The notes under the pieces are model-generated. The model saw only the letters and a program-made list of their open reading frames with translations, ran no database searches and was not told the DNA's origin. Positions 24,041 to 37,640 of a stretch of DNA of 47,242 bases are shown here, piece by piece (the stretch's first letter is position 1; each line of letters opens with the position of its first letter). The position numbers and the translations under genes were made by a program. Origin of the DNA: Malacoraja senta (Eukaryota). The stretch covers positions 1-47,242 of the forward strand of contig JAXLNO010000507.1 in NCBI GenBank assembly GCA_038087875.1, written 5' to 3'.

Positions 24041-24555
24041 AGGTAGACACAAAATGCTGGAGTAACTCTGGAACAGGCAGCATCTCTGGAGAGGAATGGG
24101 TGACATTTTGGGTCGAGACCCATCTTCAGACTGATGTCAGGGGAGTGGGCGGTACAGAGATAGAATGTAGTCGGAGACAGTAACGCTGGTGGGAGAATTG
24201 GGAAGGGGAAGGGGGAGGGATGGAGAGAGAAGGAAAGCAAGGGTTACTTGAAGTTAGAGAAGTCAATGTTCATACCGCTGGGGTGTAAGCTGCCCAAGCG
24301 AAATATGAGGTGCTGTTCCTCCAATTTGCGCTGGGCCTCACTCTGACAATAGAGGAGGCCCAGGACAGAAAGGTCAGTGTGGGAATGGGAGGGGGAGTTA
24401 GAATGTTGAGTAACCGGGAGATCAGGTTGGTTTAGGCGGACTGAGCGGAGGTGTTCGGGAAAACGATCGCCGAGCCTGCACTTGGTCACGCCGATATACA
24501 AGTGTCCACACCTGGAACAGGTGTACAGGTATACAAGTGTCCACACCTGGAACAG
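24041..24555 (-). mobile_element. 5'-truncated Penelope-like element (GIY-YIG 3' part and 3' UTR)
   Basis: ORF 24244-24546 reads ...CSRCGHLYIGVTKCRLGDRFPEHLRSVR...LGSLHPSGMNIDFSNFK. A degenerate hammerhead-like motif lies at about 24102-24129. Confidence 0.9.
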
Positions 24556-24775
24556 CGGCTGTGGAGGCCAAATCTGCTCCTGGAACTCATGAACTTATGA
24601 ATGATGTTCCTTTGGATGGGTAGTCAGTGTTTTAATCATTGTCACATATACCGATGTACGGTGAAAAACATTTTTGTGTATTCTACCCAGTCGGCAAATA
24701 GTCATCACCCTCTGACTAAATAAATTTATTCTCAGCTCCTTCCTAAAAGAACGTCTTTTTTAAAAGAAAGTGTTA

Positions 24776-25322
24776 AGGGCCTGTCCCACCAGCATGCGAT
24801 TGCATGCGTCTAGCGCGACCAAACGTGGTGGCTTGAGGCGTACGGCCTCGTGGGGCCGGTGCCACTTCCAACCGCGGAGCCGTCTGGAGTTGTGCGGGGC
24901 TGGTCCCGACATCATACTCACCAATCAGCTGGGCAGGAGGCGGGCCGACTGAATTTGGACGTCGCACGGCGTTGGGCGGTTACGTCATCACGCAACGGCA
25001 CGCCGGCGGTGACGTCATCGCGCAACGCCACGCGCTAGGCGTACGACGTCAAGACGCTGTGTACGACGTCAAGACGCTGCGTACGCCCGTCGAGGCGCTG
25101 CGTACGGCCTCAATGCGGCTGCGGGCCGACAGGCCGTTGTCGCGCGGGATTTTCGGACAGTGCAAGATTTTTGGAGCCCCGCGCGATGTCGGGACCAGCC
25201 CCACACAACTCCATACGCCTCCGCCGATCGAAGTGGGACCGGCCCCGCGAGGCCGTACGCCTCAAGCGACCACGTCTGGTCGCGCTAGACGCATGCAATC
25301 GCATGCTGGTGGGACAGGCCCT
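24776..25322. mobile_element. PIF/Harbinger-like MITE, family A
   Basis: TTA|AGGGCCTGTCCCACCAGCATGCGATTGCATGCG...GGTGGGACAGGCCCT|TTA; inverted arms exceed 100 bp. Confidence 0.85.
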
Positions 25323-25674
25323 TTAAGCTTTTAACACTGCCCGCCTGCGTGGCCTGATCAATAATCACCCACAGTTAGACCACTGCCGTAAATCACAGGG
25401 CCCCAAGCAAGCAGGTTAAATGTAATTAGTTAAAAGATAGTTATTTTAAATAATTACAATAATTGATTTAAATAATTTATTTAAAAGTAGTTCTTGTTCC
25501 CCAAAGGCAGTCCAGGAATCAAAAGCAACAATTCCCATTTGCGGTTCTCATATAATTCCTGGCAACTTGGACCAGGGGGATCTCAATGCCTTCCCCTAGG
25601 TGGGGAACCCTTGTGTTCAAGAAGGACTCGAGGAGGCCCCTGTTTGCTTGACGTTTCTCTGCACTGTCTGCGAC

Positions 25675-25842
25675 GGGCAGTGCGTAGGGCAGTGCGTAGG
25701 GCAGTGCGTAGGGCAGTGCGTAGGGCAGTGCGTAGGGCAGTGCGTAGGGCAGTGCGTAGGGCAGTGCGTAGGGCAGTGCGTAGGGCAGTGCGTAGGGCAG
25801 TGCGTAGGGCAGTGCGTAGGGCAGTGCGTAGGGCAGTGCGTA
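25675..25842. repeat. Perfect 12-bp tandem repeat (GGGCAGTGCGTA), 14 copies
   Basis: Seen directly; abuts a PLE terminus. Confidence 0.97.
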
Positions 25843-26685
25843 GGGAGAAACTGCAGATTACACCGAAAATTGATACAAAATGCTGGAGTAACTCATGGGT
25901 CAGGCAGCATCTCCAGAGAGAAGGAATAGGTGGCGCTTCGGGTCGAGACCCTTCTTCAGACTGAGAGTCGGCGGGAGGTAAACGAGTGATATAGACGGTG
26001 ATATAGAGAGATATAGAACAAAGGTATATAGACAATAGACAATAGACAATAGGTGCAGGAGTAGGCCATTTGGCCCTTCGAGCCAGCACCGCCATTCAAT
26101 GTGATCATGGCTGATCATCCCCAATCTCTACCCCGTTCCTGCCTTCTCCCCATATCCCCTGACTCCGCTATTTTTAAGAGCCCTATCTAGCTCTCTCTTG
26201 AAAGCATCCAGAGAACCGGCCTCCACCGCCCACTGAGGCAGAGAATTCCACAGACAATGAAAAGATATGCAGGAATGTAACGATGGTCAAGGAAAGGTGG
26301 AGCAACAGTTAGGTGATTACGAGTTATACAGACACTGAAAATCAACAGGACGACAATGAAACTAGTACGATGACTAGGGTGGGGGGGGGGACGGTGAGAG
26401 AGGGGATGCAAGGGTTACTTGAAGTTAGAGAAATCAATGTTCATACCACTGGGTTGCAAGCGGCCCAAGCAAAATATGAGGTGCTGTCCCTCCAATTTGC
26501 GCTGGGTGTCACTCTGACAGTAGAGGAGGCTCAGGACAGAAAGGTCAGTGTGGGACTGGGAGGGAGAATTAAAGTGTTTGGGAACTGAGAGATCAAGAAG
26601 GCCAAGGCGGGCTGAGTGAAGGTGTTCAGTGAAATGATCGCCCAGTCTGCGCTTGGTCTCGCTGATATATAGGAGTGTGTCCAAT
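25843..26685 (-). mobile_element. 5'-truncated Penelope-like element with nested CR1 3' end (about 26027-26255)
   Basis: ORF 26415-26684 reads LLYISETKRRLGDHFTEHL...GMNIDFSNFK. The PLE tail is at 25843-25965. Confidence 0.88.
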
Positions 26686-27751
26686 CCACCAACCTGTCCA
26701 AATGTTTATGAATTATTAATGTTGCCCCTGCCTCTGCCACTTATTCTGGCTGCTTGTTTCATATCTCCACCACCCTCTGAGTGAAAAGAAATTGCCCCTC
26801 AGGTTCCTATTAAACCTTTACCTGCTCACCTTAAACCTGCCTCCCCTTGTTCTTGATTCCTCTCACCTGGGAAAAAGATTCCGTGTATTCGATACAATAC
26901 GATACGATAGAACGTTATTTATCCCAGGAGGGAAATTGGTCTGCCAACATTTATAAAACATAGAAACATAGACAATAGGTGCAGGAGGAGGCCATTCGGC
27001 CCTTCGAGCCAGCACCGCCATTCATTGTGATCGTGGCTAATAATAGACATAGAAAATAGGTGCAGGAGGAGGCCATTCGGCCCTTTGAGCCAGCACCGCC
27101 ATTCATTGTGATCATGGCTGATCGTCCGCTATCAATAACCCGTGCCTGCCTTCTCCCCATATCCCTTGACTCCACTAGCCCTAGAGCTCGATCTAACTGT
27201 CTCTAATCCACAACAAGATGCGTGAAAAAATCCTATCTATTCCCCTCATGATTTTATGCACTTCTGTAAGGTCACCCCCCAGCTTCCATGTAATGAAGTC
27301 CTAGTCTGCCCTACAGCTCAGACCCTCCGAAATCTTAATAACCATCTTCAGTGCCTATAATGCCACCTATTGCATCTGTACATGGAATCATCGCTGTGTT
27401 ACCGGGGCAACGGTAGTCAAGGATCGCGGTAGAGGGCGGATAGCTCTCTGCTTCACTTTCACAATGCTTTCTGTTTTCAAGTCCTCTCTTTTCCTCCATT
27501 GTCACTGCCACTCATTCTTGTCGCTGTCGAACAAAGTGTCTTTGCTTTCCTTTTATCACCTCCTCTCTCTCTCTCTCTCTCTGCCGTTCTCTTGTGAAGT
27601 GGCTCGATGAGGCATCCTGGTCGGCATGGAGGAGTTTGGTTGGCACTCCTGTTTCTATGTTGTATGACTCTATAAGTCGACAATAGTCGCAAAAAGCTGG
27701 AGCAATTCAGCGGGTCAGGCAGCATCTCTGGAGAAAAGGAATAGGAATAGA

Positions 27752-28237
27752 AGGTTAATTCCCGGGATGGCGCGACTGTCATATGCTGAGAGAATGGAGC
27801 AGCTGGGCTTGTACACTCTGGAGTTTAGAAGGATGAGAGGGAATTTCATTGAAACATATAAGATTGTTAAGGGCTTGGACACGCTAGAGGCAGGAAACAT
27901 GTTCCCGATGTTGGGGGAGTCCAGAACCAGGGGCCACAGTTTAAGAATAAGGAGTAAGCCATTTAGAACGGAGACGAGGAAACACTTTTTCTCACAGAGA
28001 GTGGTAGGTCTATGGAATTCTCTGCCTCAGAGGATGGTGGAGGCCGGTGCTCTGGATACTTTCAAGAGAGAGCTAGATAGGGCTCTTAAAAATAGTCAGG
28101 GGATATGGGGAGAAGGCAGGGACGGGGTACTGATTGTGGTTGATCAGCCATGATCACATTGAATGGCGGTGCTGGCTCGAAGGGCAAAATGGCCTACTCC
28201 TGCACCTATTGTCTATTGTCTATTGTCTATTGTCTAT
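27752..28237 (+). mobile_element. CR1 LINE 3' fragment
   Basis: MARLSYAERMEQLGLYTLEFRRMRG...FFSQRVVGLWNSLP, with a (ctattgt)n tail. Confidence 0.92.
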
Positions 28238-29209
28238 TGAGACATTTCGGGTCGAGATCCTTCTTCTGACCTGCTGAGTTACTCCAGCATTTTGTGTCTC
28301 CCTTCGATTTAAAGCAGCAACGGCAGCTCCTTCTTAAATATGACTCTGTAACTCTATTTTCCCAGTTGGCCGAAGCTTGCCCTTCATTCTTCCTGACGAG
28401 CTGATGTTTTCCAAATGCCTTCGTCCGTTTGTATTCCTGATTCTTTAGCCCGTTACCAGTTATCACTTTGTGTAGGAAGGAACTGCAGATGCTGGCTTAC
28501 ACCAAAGATAGACACAAATAGCCGGAGTTACTCAGCGAGTCAGGCAGCATCTCTGGAGAAAAGGAATAGGTGACGTTTCGGGACGAGACCCGAGTCTGAA
28601 GAAGGGTCTTGAGACCCGAAAGGTCACCTATTCCTTTTCTCCTGAGATGCTGCCTGACCCGCTGAGTTACTCCAGCTTTTGTGTCTATCTATTTGGCATC
28701 ACTTCGTTCCTGGGTCTCCTGCATGTTTTATCAGCCCTGCCAACTCTATGTTCCAACAGCCCTTGACATCCAACTAAAACAAGGCAGCTTCAAGTCAATG
28801 CCTCACTCAATCCTTTCCAATATTCCGTGCGATTGTTGTGAACAAGTCGAGCCACACAAGCCTCGACAAACAGGAGAATGAGAAAGGTTTTTTGAAGGGT
28901 CAGATGGAGTGACGTTTGCCCAAATGGAGCTGAGATTATATTGCATATTCCACACAGATTCGCTTGGTAGCAAAGTAAAACTGAACCGTGAGAGCGGGCA
29001 TTGCAACTAAGATTGCTGTATGATAACACAGCCTTATAGCATTTGTCTGCTTTGTAATAACTGGGCAGTACGGAATCTCTGTAATAATGGTGTATGTGGT
29101 AAGGCTGCCTTGGTAATAACAGGTTGCACATTGATCCAATCACAAATCAAATTCACCAACGCCTCTCCCTCCTCAGAAGTGTGAGGAGATTTGACATGTC
29201 GTTAGTATT

Positions 29210-29830
29210 TTAGTTTAATTTAGGGTTACAGCAGAGAAACGTGCCCTTCCGCCCACCGACCAGCGATCCCCGCACACGAACACTATCCTACACACAGACC
29301 AGGGACATTTATTTTTACAGTTTTACCGAAGCCAATTAACCTACAAATCTGGACGTGTTTGGAGTGTGGGAGGAAACCGGAGCAGCTGGGAAAAACCCAC
29401 GCAGGTCACGGGGAGAACGTACAGACTCCGTACAGACAGCACCCTTAAACCCCTGTCCCACGGTACGAGTTCATTCCAAGAGCTCTCCCGAGTTTGCCCT
29501 GATTCGAACTCGGAGATTTAGGGTAATGGCCGCTCGTCGGTACTCGGGGCTCTCGTGGACATTTTTCATCATGTTGAAAAATCTTCACGAGTCTTCCCGT
29601 GCTTACCTGCCGTTAGCGAGTCTTCCCGAGTACCTGCCGCTAGCACTAAGAGACGTCCCCGAGCTCCGACGTACCCGCTACGTTCATTCTCCGAGCTTAC
29701 CACGATTTTGATTTATTTTAAACTCGGGAGAGCTCTTGGAATGAACTCGTACCGTGGGACAGGGCTACATGTCGGGATCGAACCTGGGTCTCCGGCGCTG
29801 TGAGGCAGCAAATCTACCGCTGCGCCACTG
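29210..29830 (-). mobile_element. HE1/V-SINE-like SINE interrupted by a MITE
   Basis: gacagcaccc|MITE|gtcgggatcgaacc. Confidence 0.82.
29448..29766. mobile_element. PIF/Harbinger-like MITE, family C
   Basis: CCCTGTCCCACGGTACGAGTTCATTCCAAGAGCTCTCCCGAGTTT and its reverse complement at the right end. Confidence 0.82.
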
Positions 29831-31711
29831 TGCCGCCACTGCGCCACCTTGCCAACATGTCTCCGAATGCGTTGTCGAATTCCACAAGGGTACAGTGGAG
29901 AGCACAGTATACTCACTAGTCCCATTACGGCCTGGTCCAGTCATTCAAATGCTCCAAAACAAAGGGGGCTGCAGAAAATGGCGGACATTGCCCAGACCAC
30001 CATGGAAGGGATGGCCAAGAATGCTGCCTCATGAAGGTGGGCATCGTCTAAGACTCACACCACCCTGGCCATGCTCTCATCTCACTTAAACATCGGGGAG
30101 AAGGTAACGGAGCCTGAGAACCATTACCACGATGTTCAGGAACAGCTTTGACACCTTAGTCATCGGGCTCTTGTACTACCTTGCCCAACCCTAACCCCAA
30201 CCTTACCTCAGCACCAAATTACTATGGACTGTCCATTACTAAGCTTGCACCTTGTACTAAACCATGGTCTGGTTTACTACAATATCTAATAATTCATTAT
30301 ATATTTCTATTTGTTGAATTGCTGCATCAATATGCCTGTAAAGCTTCAGCTAGTGTGAATGTTATTGTTCCAGTCCAGTGCATTTGATAATTAGATTCTT
30401 GAACTTTTTGCCCTCTTGCTTTAAGGCACTTGTAAGGCAACTCTTGTAAAGGAGACATACTTATAAGGCTGCCCTTAATAATATTTAAAAAAGGCCTGCA
30501 GAAAGTCTGCTGTAACCATGGAACCTGTTGTTAGGCCGGTCTGGAGTAACAAAGCTTGGAATGTGGGTGTCGTGGGTGCCGTCATGGAGGCTGATTTGAA
30601 ATATCGGAGCTTGTAAGATCGGGTCTCATCAAGTCTCACCTCACTCCCTCTTCTCCCCTCTCCCATCGGGGAAACAGCCACAGAAGTGTGAAAACACACA
30701 CCTCCAAATTCAGGAGCAGTTCCTTCCCAGCAGTTGTCGAACAACTGAACCATCCCAGAACAGTGATAGGCTTGGATAGAGCGGATGCGGAGAGGATGTT
30801 TCCATTAGTGGGAGAGTCTAGGACTAGAGGTCGCAGCCTCAGAATTAAAGGACCTTGTTTAGGAAGGAGATGAGGAGAAATGTCATTAGTCGGCAGGTGG
30901 TGAATCTGTGGAATTCTTTACCACAGAAGGCTGTGGAGGCCAAGTCAGTGATGACCTCGATCGCGATGACCTCGATCGCGAACCGCAAAGACAATAAGTT
31001 CATAGGTACTAGGAGCAGATTTAGGCCATTCAGCCCATCAAGTCTACTCTGCCATTCAATCATGGCTGATCTATCTTTCCCTCCCAACAGACGTCGGTGG
31101 GGGTCAAGTCAATGGATATTTTTACGGCAGAGATAGATAGATTCTTGATTAGTACGGGTGTGTGGGGTTATGGGGAGAAGGCAGGAGAATGGTGTTAGGA
31201 GGGAGAGATAGATCAGCCATGAATGAATGGCGGAGTAGACTTGATGGGCCGAATGGCCTAATTCTACTCTTATCCCTTATGACCTTGTGTCACCAACTGG
31301 TGCTAAAGTGGATGGACTGCTCTGGCCCAGTTGGACCATGATGTGGACCTGGGTATGTTCCTTTACTATATTCAAGGCTGCACCATTTAAGGCACACATC
31401 TTTAAAATTAATATCCAAGTTACTTAAGGCCAACGTTGCTCTATATTGATTTCTATTCTGAATCTGTTCACTGTAATGCATCCATAATAGCCTTTCACAT
31501 AGTAACGACAAACAGCTAATCAATAAGGAAATACTGAAGTCTATTTGTCGGTCAAATGGAGCTGTTTCTAAAGTTCAGAGCATGTACTGTTTTGGTCCAT
31601 CATTAAGGTTGCTTTCTTGCAATCTCTTTTCCCTGTGATAAGTTAAAAGAGAATTGCCAGCTCCTGTGTGATTTTCCTCTGATTTTTCCTCTTCCCAGGA
31701 ATCCTCAGCTT

Positions 31712-32117
31712 CATAGAAACATAGAAAATAGGTGCAGGAGGATGCCATTCGGCCCTTCGAGCCAGCACCGCCATTCATTGTGATCATGGCTGATTGTCCC
31801 CAATCAATAACCCGTGCCTGCCTTCTCCCCATATCCCTTGACTCCACTAGCCCCTAGAGCTCTATCTAACTCTCTCTTAAATCCATCCAGTGACTTGGCC
31901 TCCACTGCCCTCTGTGGCAGGAAATTCCACAAATTCACAACTCTCTGGGTGAAAAAGTTTTTTCTCACCTCAGTCTTAAATGGCCTCCCCCTTTATTCTA
32001 ATACTGTGGCCCCTGGTTCTGGACTCGCCCAACATTAGGAACATTTTTCCTGCATCTCGCTTGTCCAGTCCTTTTATAATTTTAAAGGTTTCTATAAGAT
32101 TTCCCCCTCATCCTTCT
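31712..32117 (-). mobile_element. CR1 LINE 3' fragment
   Basis: Reverse complement of the CR1 ORF2 end and UTR. Similar copies at about 6652-7400 (-), 15225-15570 (+), 17768-18030 (+), 22060-22295 (+), 23170-23510 (-) and 30765-31285. Confidence 0.88.
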
Positions 32118-32156
32118 ACCCAACACTCCTGCCGATGACACTATCCCGACATTCCC

Positions 32157-32593
32157 GAGATAGACACAAAGTGCTGGAGTAACTCAGCGGGTCAGGCAGC
32201 ATCTCTGGAGAAAAAGGACAGGTGACCTTTTGGGACGGGACCCTTCTTCAGACTGAAATTAGAGGGGAGGGAACCCCTCACTACCTATCCCCCCTCTAAG
32301 CTCTCCTCCCCTCCTTACTAAGTTCCCCCCTCCCCTCTACTTTCAGTCTGAAGAAGGGTTCCGACCCGAAACGTCACCCGTCCTTTGTCTCCAGAGATGC
32401 TGCCTGACCCGCTGTGTTACTCCGTGTGAGAGTCTGAAGAAGGGGTCTCGACCCGAAACCTCGCCTATTCCTTCTCTCCATAGATGCTGCCTCTCCCGCT
32501 GAGTTCCTGCGGCATTTTTGTCTACCGCTGTGTAACTCCAGCACTTTGTGTCTATCTTCGGTATGAACCAGCATCTGCAGTTCCTTTCTACAC
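32157..32593. mobile_element. Fold-back non-autonomous PLE derivative
   Basis: A minus-oriented tail is followed by two plus-oriented tails. The insert is flanked by the 14-bp direct repeat ATCCCGACATTCCC (32143-32156 and 32594-32607). Confidence 0.85.
32348..32375 (+). ncRNA. Putative minimal hammerhead ribozyme motif (UCCG-loop variant)
   Basis: CUGAAGA-A-GGGU(UCCG)ACCC-GAAAC-GUC. Confidence 0.65.
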
Positions 32594-33404
32594 ATCCCGA
32601 CATTCCCATACGGATAATATTTGCAGCAGGAGAAGGGGGAATGATAACGGGAATGGCAAGCCTGCAGGGTATGGTAGTATGTGTAAGAAAGAACTGCAGA
32701 TGCTGGTTTAAATCGAAGGTAGACCCAAAAAGCTGGAGTAACTCAGCTGGAGTAACTCAGCGGGACAGGCAGCATCTCTGGAGAGAAGGAATGGGCGACG
32801 TCTCGGGTCGAGACCCTTCTTCAGAAGGGTATGGTGGTACGGTGGGTGAAAGAGGGAAATGGGCCACATGCGGGCAAATGGGATGACACAGGGCGATCGG
32901 TACATTTTGGGACTTGCCTGGAACAGGCATCGCCTTTAAGACCTAGAGAGTGCACTTTGGAAAGGGCACCAAAACATGGAACAAGTTTCTTTTACACAGA
33001 GGGGTCGGTGGTGAAGGCAGATTCATAGTCATAGTCATACAGCACAGAAACAGGCCCTTCGGCCCAACTCATCAATGCCAACCAAGGAACAATGACAATG
33101 ACCATTCCGACCAGGATTATAAGGAATAAGGAATAGGAGTGGAATTAGGCCATTCGGCCCGTTAAGTCTACTCCGCCATTCAATCATGGCTGATCTATCT
33201 CTCCTTCCTAACCCCATTCTCCTGCCTTCACCCCATAACCTCTGACACTCTGATGGCCCATCTATGTTAGTCCCATTTGCCCGTGCTTGGACCATATCCT
33301 TCTAAGCATTTCCTATCCATGCCACTGTCCAAATGTTATTTAAATGCTCTTGTAATATGTGCACAACACCCTACCCCCGGCGAATCGTTCTATAGAAGTT
33401 CTAT

Positions 33405-34007
33405 GGAGGTTCTACTGCAGTTGTACAGGGTCTTGGTGAGGCCACACCTGGAGTATTGCGTGCAGTTTTGGTCACCAAATCTGAGGAAAGACATTCTTGC
33501 CATAGAGGGAGTACAGAGAAGGTTCACCAGACTGATTCTTGGGATGGCAGGACTTTCATATGAAGAAAGACTGGATAGACTCGGCTTGTACTCGCTAGAA
33601 TTTAGAAGATTGAGGGGGGATCTTATAGAAACTTACAAGATTCTTAAGGGGTTGGACAGGCTAGATGCAGGAAGATTGTTCCCGATCTTGGGGAAGTCCA
33701 GAACAAGGGGTCACAGTTTAAGGATAAGGGGGAAGTCTTTTAGGACCGAGATGAGAAAATCATTTTTCACACAGAGAGTGGTGAATCTGTGGAATTCTCT
33801 GCCACAGAAGGTAGTTGCGGCCAGTTCATTGGCTATATTTAAGAGGGAGTTAGATGTGGCCCTTGTGGCTAAAGGGATCAGGGGGTATGGAAGGCAGGTA
33901 CGGGATACTGAGTTGGATGATCAGCCATGATCATATTGAATGGCGGTGCAGGCTCGAAGGGCCGAATGGCCTACTCCTGCACCTATTTTCTATGTTTCTA
34001 TCTTTCT
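33405..34007 (+). mobile_element. CR1 LINE 3' fragment (ORF2 C-terminus largely intact)
   Basis: EVLLQLYRVLVRPHLEYCVQFWSPNLRKDILAIEGVQRRFTRLI...FFTQRVVNLWNSLP. Confidence 0.93.
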
Positions 34008-34697
34008 ATCACCCTCTGAGTGTAGATGGTGTCTCTCGGGTTCGTGTTAAAATGCCCCCCTCACCTTCAACATGTGTCCACTTGTTTTTGATTCCTCCAC
34101 TCTCGGCAAAAGACTTGACAGTGGCCTTCAAGAGACTTTGGAATAGGCACAGGGTACGTACAGGAGATATGTACAGGTAGGGAAGAGTTGGTCTTGGCAT
34201 TGTGTTTAAGAAGGAACTGCAGATGCTGGAAAATCGAAGGTAGACAAAAGTGCTGGAGAAACTCAGCGGGTGCAGCAGCATCTATGGAGCGAAGGAAATA
34301 GGCAACGTTTCGGGCCGAAACCCTTCCTGTGTTCGGCACAGACATTGTGGGCCGAAGGGCCTGTTCCTGTGCTGTATTGTTCCATATTAGTTAGTTTAGT
34401 TGGGAGATAAAACGTGGAGACAGCCCCTTCAGCCCACCGAGTCCACACCGACAAGCGATCCCCATACACCCGCACTGTCCTACACGCTAGGGACAATCTA
34501 CAATTTGTACCTAACTTTGTACGTCTTTGGAGTGTGGGAGGAAACCGGAGCACCCGGGGAAAACCCACGTGGTCACCGACTCCATACAGACAGCACCTCT
34601 TTAGTCAGATGGTGGTGAATCTGTGGAATTATTTGCCACAGAAGGCTGTGGAGGCCAAGTCAATTGATATTGTTAAGGCAGAGATAGGTAGATGCTC

Positions 34698-35065
34698 GTT
34701 AAAGAAGGAACTGCAGATGCTGGAAAATCGAAGGTACACAAAAATGCTGGAGAAACTCAGCGGGTGCAGCAGCATCTATGGAGCGAAGGAAATAGGCAAC
34801 GTTTTCGGGCCGAAACCCTTCAGGAAGGAAATAGGTAACGTTTCGGGACGAAACCCTTCCAGGAAGGAAATAGGTAACGTTTCGGGACGAAACCCTTCCA
34901 GGAAGGAAATAGGCAACGTTTTCGGGACGAAACCCTTCCAGGAAGGAAATAGGTAACGTTTCGGGACGAAACCCTTCCGGGTTTCGGCCCGAAACGTTGC
35001 CTATTTCCTTCGCTCCATAGATGCTGCTGCACCCGCTGAGTTTCTCCAGCATTTTTGTGTACCTT
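34698..35065. mobile_element. Fold-back PLE terminal element with an internal tandem array of about 39 bp, inserted in a CR1 3' UTR
   Basis: Left arm is nearly identical to 45533-45655. It is followed by repeats of aggaaggaaataggYaacgtttcgggacgaaacccttcc and an inverted arm at 34979-35065. Confidence 0.85.
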
Positions 35066-36463
35066 AGATAGATTCTTTATTGGTACGGGTGTCAGAGGTT
35101 ATGGGGAGAGGGCAGGAGAATGGGGTTAGGAGGGAGAGATAGATCGGCCACCATTGAATGGCGGAGTAGACTTGATGGGACGAATGGCTTAATTGAACTC
35201 CTATTCCTTATGACCCGTAGTCAGGATCGAACCCGGGTCTCTGGTGCTGTAAGGCAGCAACTCTACCGCTGTGCCACCGTGCCGCCCCACTCCATTCTAA
35301 TACCCAGCTGCTACAGTGCTAGGTGCAAGTGAGGGAGGGTGAATGTAAATGTGTTCCCCGTGTGATAATTCCACTAGAGCCGGGCTGATCAATTGGGATG
35401 TGACCATAGGCACTGCATCACTGAATGGAATGCATCCTTGTGATTAAAACCATACAACAGCAACACTTGGAGGGATGGCCATTGCAAGGGATTACAATAC
35501 ACAGTGGAGTGAGCAAACGCTGCCTGATTGGGATCTGTGGAGAAGTGAGACCATTTCAAGTTGTGAAACACCCTCTGAGGATTGGGATGTTAAGTGCTTG
35601 TAAACACATTATGGCTCCTGAACCAGACGATTTATCAGCTAATGGAACCAACACTTACAAAGGATACTGAGTTGGATGATCAGCCATGATCATATTGAAT
35701 GGCGGTGCAGGCTCGAAGGGCCGAATGGCCTACTCCTGCACCTATTTTCTATGTATCTATGTAAAGGTGGAATTAGGCTTGAGACCTTAGAGATACAGTG
35801 CAGAAACCGGCCTCTCCGGCCCACCGAGCCCACGCCGATCGGCGATCACCCCGTGCACTAGCGCTATCCGACGCACTATTTTACTGAAGCCAATTACCTT
35901 GCAAACCTGATGACCTTGGAGTGTGGGGGGGGAAACCGGAGAAAACCCACGCGGTCACAGGGGGGATGTACATACATTGTGGGCCGAAGGGCCTGTTCCA
36001 GTGCTGTATTGTTCAACCAACGTACAAACTCCGTACAGACAGCACCCGTAGTGAGGATCGAACCCGGGTCTCTGGCGCAGTGAGGCAGCAACTCTACCGC
36101 CGCGCCACCGTGCCACCCCTTTTCTTTCTGTTGATTCTTCCTTTTTGTGAATGAACCATGGGGGAAGATGTCCACTTCATCGATGCACGTTATCGATGCC
36201 CCCCCCCCCCCCCCCCCGCGTTTCCACGGGTACTCTGGTGGCTGGGCACAGGGGTATGCACAGGAGATATGTACAGGCAGAGAAGAGATGGTCATGGCAT
36301 CATGTCCGGCACAGACATTGTGGGCCGAAGGGCCTGTTCCTGTGCTGTATTGTTCCCATATTAGTTTAGTTTCGTTGGGAGATACAGCACAGATGCAGCC
36401 CCTTCAGCCCACCGAGTCCGCACCGGCAAGCAATCCCCAAGCTGGCACTATCCCACACGCTAG

Positions 36464-36931
<468 letters not shown>

Positions 36932-37046
36932 TAGTGTTGAGTGTGAGCTCGGCAAACTTCTTATGTACGAAGGAACTGCAGATGATGGTTTGTACCGAAG
37001 ATTGACACAAAATGCTGGAGTAACTCAGACTCATTTGAGCATTTTC

Positions 37047-37640
37047 TTGAGGAAGGACATTCTTGCTATTGAGGGAGTGCAGCGTAGGTTCACCAGGTTA
37101 ATTCCCGGGATGGCGGGACTGACATATGAGGAAAGAATGGGTCGACTGGTCTTGTATTCACTGGAATTTAGAAGGATGAGAGGTTATCTTATAGAAACAT
37201 ATACAATTGTTCAGGGATTGGGCAGGCTAGATACAGGAGAAATGTTCTCCATGTTGGGGAGTCCAGGGGTCACAGTTTAAGAATAAGGGGTAGGCCATTT
37301 AATTAATTCATATGTTTATTGGCCAAGCATGTACACATACAAGGAATTTGCCTTGGTGCTCCGCTCGCAAGTAACAACAACAGGACTGAGATGAGGAAAA
37401 ACATTTTCACCCAGGAAGTTGTGAATCTGTGGAATTCTCTGCCACAGACGGCAGTGGAGGCCAATTCACTGGATGTTTTCAAGAGAGTATTAGATTTTTA
37501 GCTCTTGGGGCTAACGGAATCAAGGAATATGGGGAGAAAGGGGAACGGGGTACAGATTTCGGATGATCAGCCATGATCATATTGAATGGCGGTGCTGGCT
37601 CGAAGGGCTACTCCTGCACCTATTGTCTATGTTTCTATGT
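37047..37640 (+). mobile_element. CR1 LINE 3' fragment with a small nested insert (about 37300-37381)
   Basis: LRKDILAIEGVQRRFTRLIPGMAGL... followed by the CR1 tail. Confidence 0.88.
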
